A stretch of DNA of 64,000 nt from Phoronis australis (Eukaryota; Animalia; Phoronida), in NCBI GenBank assembly GCA_002633005.1, contig NMRA01000332.1, forward strand, positions 73,121 through 137,120. The letters are read 5' to 3'. This document shows, in pieces, positions 49,023 to 61,063 of this stretch (within the stretch, counting starts at the first letter, position 1; each line of letters starts with the position of its first letter). The notes below the pieces were generated by a model. It had not been told where the DNA came from, made no database searches, and saw nothing but the letters and a program-made list of their open reading frames with translations. Made by a program: the position numbers and the translations under genes.

Positions 49023-51111
49023 NCTGAGCAGATCGTTTACTTTATCACGATCTGTGAACTTATCTTTAACTTAGTCCATGCGATACTTTGTTTTAATTGT
49101 GTGTAAAGGGAATAGGTGTATTAACGTATATAAGCTTAAACAGTATTTTAGTCCGATTTTACTGCTCAGTTACGCTAAATGAACTTAAACACAGTCTCTG
49201 TAATAAATCATCGACCGTAATATCAACAAACCTGATATAAACGTTCAGAGTGGTGTAATCACTGCAATCCCCGTATATTTGTTCGATGGAGGACCTCTTG
49301 TGGTTTCCGATTTCTCGGTAGAATGTCACAGGCTGATCTACACTGTATGTTATCACAAGCGCGGGGCAACCACAAATTTTAAAGGAAATATAACTTCCAA
49401 AAAGAGCTCGCTTTTTTGATCTTGTCCGTAGGGGCCAGTCCCCTTGATCCGTCTTATCCGCATTGATCGAGAATAAAATAGCTTCAGTCCTGTTCGCACG
49501 ATATGCATTGTGGCACTGAACATCCATGTCAACGTAGCGATCTCAATTGAGAGGGTAACGGTGTACAAATCAATGTTTACAGTTACTTACGGTATGGCAA
49601 ATGTTTGAAAAGTCTACGCGGCGAATAAAGGTAGCATACAATATCCTCGTGCTGCCCGTACAACGCAAGCCACGAAGGCTTACTCAATTCATCTTGTTTT
49701 TACGAAATTTTTGCGTCTGTGTAACGCAGCCGTGGTTTGTGATAACCTGGACTGAGTTTCGTAGACGCAAGTGTCATGAAACATGCTAGTTATGTGACGA
49801 TGAATTTCACTTGCAATACATGGCAATGTCTTGCGAAGTCAGTTTCGCGAGGTTCTTGTCTATGGAACGCACGCTTTTGGCATTCGTAGCTGTCCGTATT
49901 ATTACTGAGGGCAGACAATAACACTGAGCTAAGAATTACCCTTACTGTGACAGGCAAAAACTGTCCCCGGAGGATTGATTTTCGCGCGTCACACGTGCTC
50001 AAATGTGTTAACCAATTAGCACACTGGCGGTCTAGAAATCACGGAGGGGGTCGAACCCCAGTACAGACGGTACAGTAGCAATTGTTCTAAAACCGAAGGC
50101 TCGGCCGCCACCTCTCCGTTTATGATTATGGCCAGGGAGTGAGGATCAGGGTTCAAAGTACATCTATGCAACTAAACTTTTTCTGTTCACTTAGCCCATC
50201 TGTGGGGCATGGTCTTCGTTCTGGGGAAGCTCAGTAAAAGCGGCCGGTGGCGTGATCATGGAGTTCCTGTCAAATTCTCCTTTTCTAACGTTCGTGCCTA
50301 TAGACTAGCAACCAGTGGAGCGGGAATTGACGAAGTCACATTTACCGAGTCCCCTGATAGTCTTCTTACGGTGGCCTTAGTATTATCAAGTCGATTGATC
50401 TTGAAAACTAAGTTAGCATTTGTCCGCCAATAAAAAGTGACCCGCATTTACGAATGCACCGACCCGACTTAAAGACAGCACTCACAAGCTGGTGATAAAG
50501 CCTAACATCTGTGTACTAAAACGGTTGTACATGTACTGGGTATCAGGGCAGGGAATGTGCTCCCTACGAAGGTTTTACGGCATGAAATTTAAGTTTAGAA
50601 ATACCGTGCATTAAGTATGACACTACAATGCAGACACAGTACTCTCCTGTACTCCTAATTGAAGAAGACAGTTGAAGAATCTCAATTTCTCTAAATGACA
50701 ATTTGAGACTAGAGTACCCCCTTGACGCTAACTCTGACAAAATGTGTGCAATTCAACATTAGCCGTGCCCAATTTCACAAAATGCATATTCGCGAATTGG
50801 CGCATAATTATCTGTATTTCGGAATGTCATGCCTGATTGAATTAGAACGATTTAACCGATGGGAAAGACTTTCAGTGGTAAACGATACTGTTTGTCGTGT
50901 AAACGCGGCTTTGAGATCACCATCAGAGGTAACATGCTGTAGAACATAAGGTCATTCTAATACATCGTAGGCATTTGGCCATGCAAGGTTTTATCTACAT
51001 TGTTCATTGTTTGACAATTTAGGAATTCACAAGAAATTCAGGACAGGACTTCTCTGACAGCATTTAACAGATTTCATTTATAACTGAGCTTGCTTAGTTT
51101 TATTACTGAAC

Positions 51112-54100
51112 TAGTTAATTTATGACAAAAAGCCACCCGACCCACAAAAAATTGCAACAAAATGTTTTACAGTGGTTTTGTGCTCTACTGCGTATACCTA
51201 TTAACAGGACAAAAGTCTACCAAAATCTGACCACCGAAAATGGGTTAAAACTGCGTCATTTCCAAGATGGCCACCATGACGTTTCGAAATCACCAAAAAT
51301 AGATGTAATGTCTTCAATAATTGAGATAGAGACATAATTTTTGGTTCTAGTCTATGATTTTAAGGGGTGAGCAACTCGCTGGAGTGGTTAAAATTAAGAT
51401 ATGATCGGTGTTTGATATGAAATTCAATATGGCGGCTAAAATTCAAGAACGAAAAATGACCGATTTGTCCATTATATCGGGTGGTCAAAGAAACGTTTCG
51501 AACTTTAACCTTTATATTTTCTAAAAACATTCATTGAAATTGCACGAAATTTTGCACATATGCATATCAATCTATTGTCAGTACGCCATAAAATATATAA
51601 TGATACACTGTGTTTTCGCTCTAAGACAGAAAAGATACTTTTATAACCCAAAAAGTTGATGCCAAATTAGCCTACATAATTAAACAAAGTGTTATTATCA
51701 AGGATGGTGACACTTAGCAATAAAATTATTCAGAAGAATGTTTTCAAGGGTTTTGTTATAGTCAGTTAGATGCTACATTTTGCAAAGTCATGGTGTTTTC
51801 AAGTCCTGAGAACGAGCTAATTGGGGTTAATTACAATATGTTTACACAAAGTCTTGACTGCAATCTAATGAACTACAGTATTTGGAATGCACTGACAGAG
51901 AATGTGTACCAAGTTATAGGTCGTATTATGCTCAATAACCTAAGCCTTCAAAAATTCCCCTTTACTAGAAGGCATCCTTCAGTATCAGAATGACTGAACA
52001 ACAAGCGCTAATAAAGTATTTATTCGTCGACATGACGCATGAATGAGTAAGTTACAATGTTATCCAGAAATGTTATGTTCATTACACGTATGCATACTGC
52101 CTCAGGTCAACCCTCATCTCTGTCTTCAAGTTCCTCAGAAATTTGATTTAGGAATTGTCCCTATATGTCGCTAGGCACAATCTACATGTAGATGTACATG
52201 CAAGCCCATTCTTTCTGCAACTGCACCGGAGCATGCTACCAACTGTAGTGCAGTTCACCAGGGCATGCTACCAGCTGTAGTGCAGTTGCAGTGTATCATC
52301 TAGAGGAGTGTCTGGTGCAGCATTCATGGCAGTTACGATGTGTACGAATTGATTGTCTTCAAGTCTCCAGCCCCAGTCTAAAGGATCCCGATCATTTGCC
52401 ATCCCCATCCAAACCATGACCTGGTAGTACACTCGATACAATTGTATCTGGTGGCTGATTCCGTTGGTGGAAGACGTTTGGGAGTATTCAAAGACTTAGC
52501 AGTAGCACGCTTCTCTGGGAATATTTTGTAATGTACGGCAAACCAAAGAACAAGTGCTCTCTCCACCAAACATTGCCATCATCGCTTGGTTACCAAGTGT
52601 CTCTCAGCGGGGTTCAAACCTTTCGTGGGGAATGTGTCTGCGCATGACTGGAGGACTTGGTCATCCTTCACGAGTTTCTGAGAGACTGAAGTCATCCCAA
52701 CGCCATGCACGAGACGTTGAGTTGCATCCTGTGAAGGAGGGCAGGAATAGTAGCTGGGTACACAATTTAAACCTCAGCACTTACCTCATCCAATTTATGT
52801 CGTATACTTTTAAATTGGTTCTTGACTGGTAGCCAGATCTGAAAAATAGTGGTTTCCGGTCAGCCATACAGTAATGGAGCATAAGCATCAACAATTCAGT
52901 GTCCTCAGTCGCCGATTACTGTGGTGGAATGCATATTATACTGTTTACTGCTGTCTTTGCAATGTCCAGATCTGCATCCCCTTCTGCCTGAGCGGCTGTG
53001 CATCCCACTTTCTGCAGTTGGTCACTTATTAAGGCGATCAGTTGTTGCTTGTTACTGCCAGTGGATAGGAATTCATCTCTCTTAACCATCAAATTCCGTT
53101 TCTCCTGTGAAGTTCAAAGTCGGATAGCTGCTGGTCTGTCTCCGTCTCTGTGTTATCCTTTATCGAAGGACCTGCACCATAGCCATCAAAGACAACAGTG
53201 GCTGCCTCAGTGTGCTTTGCCGTGAAGTCAGCGTATGCTCCGACAATTTTTCTATAGGTATATCTCATCTTCCATTTGAGCTTGTGCAGAAAAGATAATC
53301 CATCAAGTGCATACTTTTCAGTCTGGGGACGTACTGAAGGTGTGGAGTTTGGTGCTCCTTCAAAAGCATGGGCCTTGGAACAGCGGTCAAAAACGCCTTG
53401 AGCTAGTTGAGGTCTGTCAGCCTTCTTCAAGATCAGGTTGTCCTCATAGAGATACTGTCGGTGTGGACTGAGCTCGAAACTCACAACTTCCTCAAGAGAC
53501 AAGTCGTCTTACCGGAATACCACCAGCGATGGCTGGAAGAGTAAGAGAGGATCGATGGTTCCGTCAGGACCAACCTGGACTGCAGCTGCATTCCCAGGTT
53601 CTTAACATCCTCTCTCTTCTCAAAAGAAAAAGAAAACACGGGTTGTCGAACCATTCTCTCAATGATTTTGTTCCCATGCACTTTGACATCTGCGTTGGCG
53701 ACAACACCATTGATGAAATTGCATAGCGCATGGTCTGAGGAGAAGGGTGAATTTGCAGTCAGCTTTGTGCTTTTCTTTGCAAAGTCGCAAGCATCTCTTT
53801 CAATTCTGGCAGCAGTTGCTTGTTTGTATTGTTTGCTTGTTGTGTACGCGAGGTCATTGGAGTGCTGCAAGGTGATGTTCACCTCTGACGTTAAGGTGAC
53901 CATCATTGTCCGCAACGCTCGCTGCTCCTCTGTCATCTTACTGTCATGAGTCAAGCCGCCTGTGCCTTTTAGTGATCGCATTTAGTAATTTTTCTCAATG
54001 GCTAGATCACAGCTGAGGTCTGCCAGAAACTGGTTTGTTCGCCGAATCATACAAAAACCATTTTTGAAACTTCGCATACACATTTGGGTGTTTGCTCTCC

Positions 54101-54949
54101 ATATCAGCCATTTCTTGTATATAGAGGTAAGGAGATTTCAGGTTGTTGTGGTGTCCAGCTGCAGCAAATATTGGCAAGGTATCACCAACAGGTGGCAAGT
54201 CATCATCCAAGACCGAGTGCGATCTGCCTTTATCATTGCCTGAGCAGTATGGAGCATCTTCAGACCAGCCACAGCTTCTTCTCAAGATTGTCCATGATCA
54301 GCACAATTGCGGCTGAGTGTGGGGCACTTCAGACAGATGTTGACACTTTTCTCTGGGCTTCTAGTTTCCTTGTGTTTTTTTAAACAAAAACCAGTGGCAA
54401 GCAAATATACACTAGACAATTTTTTGTTACTTTTATGCAAGCCAATGCTTTGGTTTGAATATTAAATATTAATGCAATGTTCATATTTTAAAATAGCTCA
54501 GTCAGAATTCAATAAAATCTAAATGTTTTAAGATCATTAAATCAGAAACTAGTCATATCTAATCATACTTTCGTTATAATTAATGAAGGACAAATCAGTG
54601 ATTTCTGTTCTTGAATTTTAGCCGCTACCTTGAATTTCATATGAAATACTAATCATATCTTAGTTTTAACCAGACCAGCGAGTTTCTCACCCCTTAAAAC
54701 CATAGACTAGAACCAAAAATTATGTCTCTATCTCAATTATTGAAGAAATTATATCTATTTTTGATGATTTTGAAACGTCATGGCTTCCATCTTGGAAATG
54801 ACGCAGTTTTAACCCATTTTCGGTGGTCAGATTTTGGTAGACTTTTTTCTTGTTAATAAGCATACCCAATAGAGTATAAAACCACTGTAAAACCTTTTGC
54901 TGCAATTTGTTGTGGGTCAGATGGTATATTGACTCGTTAATTCGTCTTA
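51112..54949 (-). mobile_element. Second AcademX family element, deleted and decayed
   Basis: ~360-bp TIRs (51112-51472 vs ~54588-54949), left end TAG. Motifs LPIFAAAGHHN, MRSLKGTGGLT, FELSPH, YALDG..LH, VVFDGY..PSIKD, LPPTESA, WGW and a Cys cluster. Right terminus degenerate. Confidence 0.85.
51475..52030 (+). mobile_element. Tc1/mariner (DD37D/maT-like) relic nested in Academ
   Basis: Begins TA-TATCGGGTGG. Encodes QSLDCNLMNYSIWNALTENVY, resembling SPDLNPxDYSIW..L...VY. Confidence 0.6.
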
Positions 54950-55759
54950 TTTATTCTATGTTTATCGGGTAAATATGAAAGTAAATACCTGGCCTATATT
55001 GCTCAGCTCATGCCCGATGTGGATTACCCTAACACCTGACACAGCGAGATAAACAGTTCACTGACATACAGTGTAAATTACATTCGTAGTGACCGTCGTA
55101 AAATAATGTACTGTAGTACACACAGCTACAGTGAGAGCGAGCGAGACAGCCGGTGATGCAATAATCACATTTCATTGACAAACTATAGGAACCGAATTAG
55201 TTCTTCTCCGGTATGCTTTGATAACTTACGCTCACCAGGTAAAAGAAATGCAAACGAGGCAGTATGATTATGGTTTATTTGGCCAAAGACGTGAGCTATG
55301 AGCTGAGCTCGTTTGCACTCGAGGCAAAAATGAACAGCGAGGAATTTTTATCGCAACGTGGTGAGGTGAATATCTCACTTGTTGGATTCTCTCATCTATC
55401 GTGCGTAAAAGCTCATACATGTAGCATGCGGGTGAGGTCGAGCTGCGTGCTGACTACTAACTTTCGATTGCCAATGAATATTACCTTATTTCATTAGCTG
55501 CACAATCTACATGTAACCTTGCGCACGAACTTACGCTGTTTACTACGAGCGAGAGTATTACGTTGAGCGGCTCTAAGTAAGTTGAACAATGTGACTGATT
55601 GCATTCTTTTTATCCTGTCATTATCAGAAATTATATGTGGAATCACGCATAGTTGATGCATTGTGCAAGTGAGGATATCCGAAGTTGGACTTCTGAAAAA
55701 ATCATGCTTAAAATTTCTGAGCCTCGTAAGCTTAAAGATCAACAATGAGGGACGGTGGT

Positions 55760-55925
55760 CAGTCATCCTGGCTGCACGTCAAGAGCACATCGGAGGCCCT
55801 CGGGAAAACTTTAAGTAAGTTGGACGTCATTACTGCCATGAAACCAGTGTCAACAATTGAAAAACAGTTGGTCCACCCGAAGAATAAAAGTTCGGTAGAA
55901 GACTCCATGAGTAGAGTGTTGAACC
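55760..55925 (+). mobile_element. Penelope-like fragment (region preceding GIY-YIG)
   Basis: LHVKSTSEALGKTLSKLDV..AMKP..TIEKQLVHPKNK resembles LPYV...SE.L.R.L....I...FKP..TL...LVHPKD. Confidence 0.65.
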
Positions 55926-55944
55926 GCCGGTATTCCATGTGGGC

Positions 55945-56528
55945 CATTTGGAGAATTTCTCGCTTGCACTGGTGACCGCTCTGATTACCTAAGCCCCAGA
56001 CAATTTTTACGATGCCTATTCAGCACGCCCTTTGTATTGATGTAGATCTGAGCTAATGAAGTGGAAAGGTAATTGCTAGAATTACTGTCTCAACAATGTT
56101 TGTTGTTAGTACCCCCAATTTTTTAGATAAAATTTGTCAACCCTTTCCCGGTAAGGAAAAAAACAAGTTGGCAGAAACATTAAAAATTAAATAAAAAAAC
56201 AATATGAAACTGATCGTTCCTTTGGGAAGTGGCTCTTTGTAAAGATAAACACAAGTTAACCTTTTTAGTGTATTTGTAATACTTATAATGTACCAAGTTA
56301 AAACTACTCTCTAGAGTTGCAGGTTATAACTCTGCAAATGTCAGAGAACCCAAATCGGGGGTAATAACAACAAACATTGTTGAGACAGTAATGCGAGCAA
56401 TTGCCTTTCCACTTCATTAGCTCAGATCAACTTCAATACAAAGGGCGTGCTGAACTGGCATCGTAAAAGTTGTCTGGGGCTTAGGGAATCAGAGTGGTCA
56501 CCAGTGTAAGCAAGAAATTCTCCATATG
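55945..56528. mobile_element. Fold-back MITE with ~175-bp inverted arms
   Basis: 55945-56120 is the reverse complement of ~56352-56528 (TGGAGAATTTCT..AGCACGCCCTTTGTATTGA..ATTACTGTCTCAACAATGTTTGTTGTTA). Confidence 0.85.
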
Positions 56529-57947
56529 CTAGCTATGGGCTGAGGACGGTAGCTCAGATGGCATATACATCCATTCGTCTGTTTTAACCCCCGTGAGGGC
56601 CAGCGAAAAGGAAACGAAAATGCGTCCACATCTGAACAAACTAAGCGCCAGTCCATCAATGCCTTGGTGTTACTGAGCAGTGACTTCAGCTAATTTACGT
56701 GAGACTCAGTTGCACTCGCGGCTCCTCGTCTGCGCTGACCCATGCAAGCACAGCGACCGAGTATTTAAGGTTATGTGAGGATTTTGTTGACACGTCTCTT
56801 CATTTAGCCATATATATACAAATTTATAGAAATTATTTCTCGGAAAGTATTATGTTTCCTGAAAGGGGCTTTGAGTCAACTTTAGGCAAAACTGTCGTTA
56901 ATTGGATCACGTGACTATGCCTTTTCGTAAAATTTAGCAAAAACCAAGAAAGGGGCAAAAGTATCGCGATACTGCAGTATCATCAACATTACAACATATT
57001 GTTTGATGTAAACATACAAAGAGGAAATTAAAAAACGGTTTGCAATTTTTTGAAATATCATTTCGTTTAAGTTTTTTTGTGTTTCTTCATAAAACTCATT
57101 AAAGTCCCGTTTTAATAGTTACCCATTCAAAACCTATCAATGCACTGCAGAACAGTGCGCACGAATGGTATGTGGACATGTTATATAAATCTATGAGATA
57201 TGACGTTCCCAACGTGACCGAATGTAGAATTTTCCTTGGGTCCTGCATAGCTTTATCTATGTTAAAATTGTGTAACCCCTCCTTTACGGCTCAGAGAAAT
57301 GGCGACTCGCTAAATCCCTCATCTGCAAGGTCCAAGTGCTCATACACAGATGTCTAAGTCCAATCTTGCAAAGCACGTTGTGTGGCAGAGTAAAAATGAA
57401 GTTACGTAGAGCAGAGCCAGGCAGGAAGCCAAAAAGATCCGGAAGTGGAGGCGTATTGATCCCAGAATACAAGACTGTAACGACGACTTTTGTAATTCAA
57501 TTGCCTTTGTTCGTGTGTCAAGTGTGCTGAAGACAAACTTTTAATTTTTTATTAGCTCTGTTGCTTGCAACATATTCAGACACGGCCCTGTCATTGTTAG
57601 TTGATTATGCGTGTATTCACCTTTTATCTAGTTCGAGAAAAACACACTCGTCATTGTACCACCATCGATGTTCCTTTGATGGAAAATGAGCACAATATCG
57701 CACTTTATATTGATTAATGTGATGTACAATGTATCAGCTACCACATCTGATGTTGTCTTACTCTTGAACCAGACAAATTTGTATAGTTTTCATAGACATG
57801 TAGATCCCCCGACAGTTGGAATGCGACTATTGGCTATTTAAGCCATCATAAATCATCTTCTGGTGTAAAAACGACTTTCCAATCAACATGAGTGTGTTCT
57901 TACGCTCTGCTTCGGTGAGTACTCTGACGGCCATACTGCTTCGACGA

Positions 57948-58110
57948 GGTGACAGTGTGGCTCAGCGCTTTGAGCTCCGAACTCCCGTTTGGCCCACCCG
58001 GGTTCAAATCCTGACTTGACTGGCAGACACTCGAGCATTGCACAAAAGTGTCTCCTACTACTCTAAGCCTGGTCTTACAACTGAATAAATGTGTGGAAGG
58101 GAATAAATGT
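57948..58110 (+). mobile_element. tRNA-derived SINE, decayed
   Basis: A box TGGCTCAGCG and B box GGTTCAAATCC at tRNA spacing, followed by a non-tRNA body and repeated GAATAAATGTGT. Confidence 0.6.
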
Positions 58111-58988
58111 GTCAGTTATTAAATTTTCAGTGATAATAGCGACTGCCTAATGTTCTAGGTTTTATCTGACAATAAAAAATAACACGCCGTTGCACTCAAG
58201 TTTCATGAGCTTTGTATGAGCCAATATGGAACTGACGGTTCTTCTCTAGCCTATAAAACAATCTGAATAAGGAACCAGATGAGATCGAATTCGAAGGTGG
58301 TGGAAAACTTGAGAAAGCGCTCTCAATAATTTCCGGGGTACAAAAGTGAACCAGTATAAAAATGATGGCTCGGGGCAGTGGACAGTTGATCCCAGGTTCG
58401 GGCAAATATTTTCAGACAAGTCAGAGATTGAAACGATTTCAGACCAGGAGAGTATACTAACCGGCAAATGGAATGCATGTATAGACTTTTAATGAAATAA
58501 TTGACGATAAAACACATGTGGGAATGAAACACCAATGCGCGCCATTAAGCAAGTCTGGGGATCAGACCTGCTGATGTATTACACGTTCGTGTACCATCCC
58601 TTGAGAACAAGTCGACCTTTTTGCATCTGCGAAGTACAGTAATTTACTGCCAAGCGAATCTTTGCAAAAAGTATTTCTCGCTTTCCTTTTTCCTCTCGTC
58701 ATTCTGAACATAAAGCCGTAAAAAGTGCTAATTCAGCTTTGCATTTTTATTTTTGCTATAATTTATCTTCTTTTTAAATAGAATTACCCGCTTAACTTGC
58801 TGTGAATACAACTATTATTTGACGCTATTATTTAATTAACTTTAGGCTATAACTCATGCGGAATTAGTACCTCGGGATTCGTTTGACGCTGAAAATTGTG
58901 AAGTCGTGAACAGAATAAATAATATATTGTACAATCCCATCGTTTAGTTGCTTTACATAGGCAGTTGAGGTAAGAAACATCGATTTAA

Positions 58989-60660
58989 GGATATCTCCAA
59001 CCTTATTCTAAAAAATTGGCCATTTTTACAATATTTCACTTGTGTCTAGCAAAATACTTCATCTTCATTCTCGGGGAATTTCAAATACAAAACATATACC
59101 GCGTAGCGAGAAAAAAGAATTAGCAGAACCACCTTGGAACCGCACACCTGCGTGGATATTTGTTTACTACTTATCCACGGTCAAAGGTTAAAGGGTTTTC
59201 AATTTAATCGAATCTCCCAAAACAGCTTCGTATACCTTCAGTCCTTTCATTCACAAAGCCGCCATACATGTACCACGGAGCCATCGAGGTGTACTTATGA
59301 TAGAATGGCGCTGGGGAAAACAAAGACAAAACGTAGTTTTGATCCCAAGTGAGTTGTGCGTCTCAAGCATACGACCGTTGGCGTTGAAAACGAATGCTAC
59401 GAATCGCCTCAGGCCTCTGAGGTCATGAACACAGAAAGTTGTGAAAAGAGATAAATCCTCACCCAAAACCTTAATTCAATTAATAAGTTGACATTTCGAT
59501 GTTTCTATCTCATGCTAACGACAAACTAACCACCGATTCAATTTGTGTTATCCATTTCTTACTTGGTTTCGTATCAGTCTCCCAGCACGTGGCGTGTACA
59601 GGCTATGAACTGTGACCTACTTAGAAAGTAGGTCGAAAACAACAGTAAAAGTTGGCTAGGAAGAATACGTCTATTTGAGGTTTTAATGATAATTAAGTTA
59701 GTTACTCACTGCAAAATCAGTTGACATTGCGAGTGAACGTTGAAATAGCTAACATAGCTAAGGATTGTATAGGTTATTTGTACCGAAAACAAGTTTTCAC
59801 CGAATAATTAACCGAAGACTTTGAGATTTTCACTTGTCCCAGTTTAATCGGCTTTTTCTCGGCTTCGGCAAATCGACTTTAATTGAGCTTAGGAACACTA
59901 GTTCTCAAAAACGGCTGGATGTATTTCGCTGAAACTTTCCAAACTTTATATTTAGTCATCAATCTCAAAACCTTGTTAGGATTTTTGATATAAAGGCCTA
60001 GTTTTTTGCGTAATGTGACAAATACGAATACGACTTCAGCTGCAAGGGAAGCTAGTATATCAGTTTTTTCGATTTCCTCGAGAGCCCATAATGCTTCGGA
60101 AGTGGCTCGCGGTGGTGAAGAATAAAAAGTACTCCGTTAATACCAAGTGTGAGGCCGTGAAACTTCTACGTGTCCTGCATTTCGTCGGATCGTCGGGTTG
60201 TTTATCAGTTTTTGATTATGGAGAATTGTAGTTGGCCATGAAAACATAAACAATTACAATTAATTCAAGGCGTGAGCACATAGCGTTTTATATAACCTGT
60301 TTGATTACTGACTCGTTCGTGAGGCTTCTGCTTGTTCCTCGGTATGTATAATTTTTCCCCAGTTCTTTTTCTCAGCCCTAAAAAACGTCGTAAGCACACC
60401 TCTCCTTAGATGCCGTGCAAAACCAGGATGGTCCTTGAGAAACATCTGTGCTTCTCCACGAAGGCGTTTCACATGCGGAATTTCTTGGCAGCAAACGCAA
60501 GCGTCAGTCGTTTCCATTGTTGTGCAGTTAGCTCACTGACACCATGGCAAGTCATTCAAACTGTTTTCGGAACTATCCATACATTTCGTTGTCTGTGGAC
60601 GTTCACGGATAAGTGTGTGTTATTTCTTGATCAGTGTATTCCGGTTAGAACTGATTAATG
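58989..60660. mobile_element. Kolobok relic with convergent THAP (+) and KolX (-) remnants
   Basis: Left end TTAA-GGATATCTCC. THAP-like PHTCV..C..KGFQFNR at 59134+. Minus strand gives LPWCQ*ANCTTMETTDACVCCQEI..DHPGF (P2X7 C-terminus-like Cys domain typical of KolX) at 60305-60550. Confidence 0.65.
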
Positions 60661-60739
60661 AACAATGTTATGCTTGAAACACTCCAAAACTAGCTAGAAT
60701 TTATATGTAAAGATGCCCTGAAATATTTGAGCTCACTGT

Positions 60740-61063
60740 ATTTCCAATGGAACATGTGCGGCATAATCTGACCTTGACCTTCACTTTTTCTCGTGACCCT
60801 GACCTGCAATCACAAAAATAGTATCAGAATCGATTATATCATACCTGTTTGATGTATCATACTCATTTTAAAAGGCATTTATTGGGACTTGCCAATTTAA
60901 ATATGGCCGATGAAGGCCATTTGAGGGTTATGCCTGCAAAATCTAGCCCGGCATACAATTTTTCTGGATTCAGCACCCCAAAATTAGTTAAAATCAATCA
61001 TCAGATCTGCATTACCCACAAATGCCCTCGACATTCACTTTTTGCCAAATCGGAATCTGACTA
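60740..61063. mobile_element. Probable Academ terminal fragment
   Basis: Ends ...GGAATCTGACTA; contains AATATGGCCG, GGCCATTTG and GACCTTGACC motifs, some shared with the other Academ subtermini. Confidence 0.4.

Noticed and set aside
49159-50002. RecQ-helicase-like (AcademH) remnant
   Set aside because: Only a vague resemblance (KSIL..F..VRVIL); no conserved helicase motif is recoverable.
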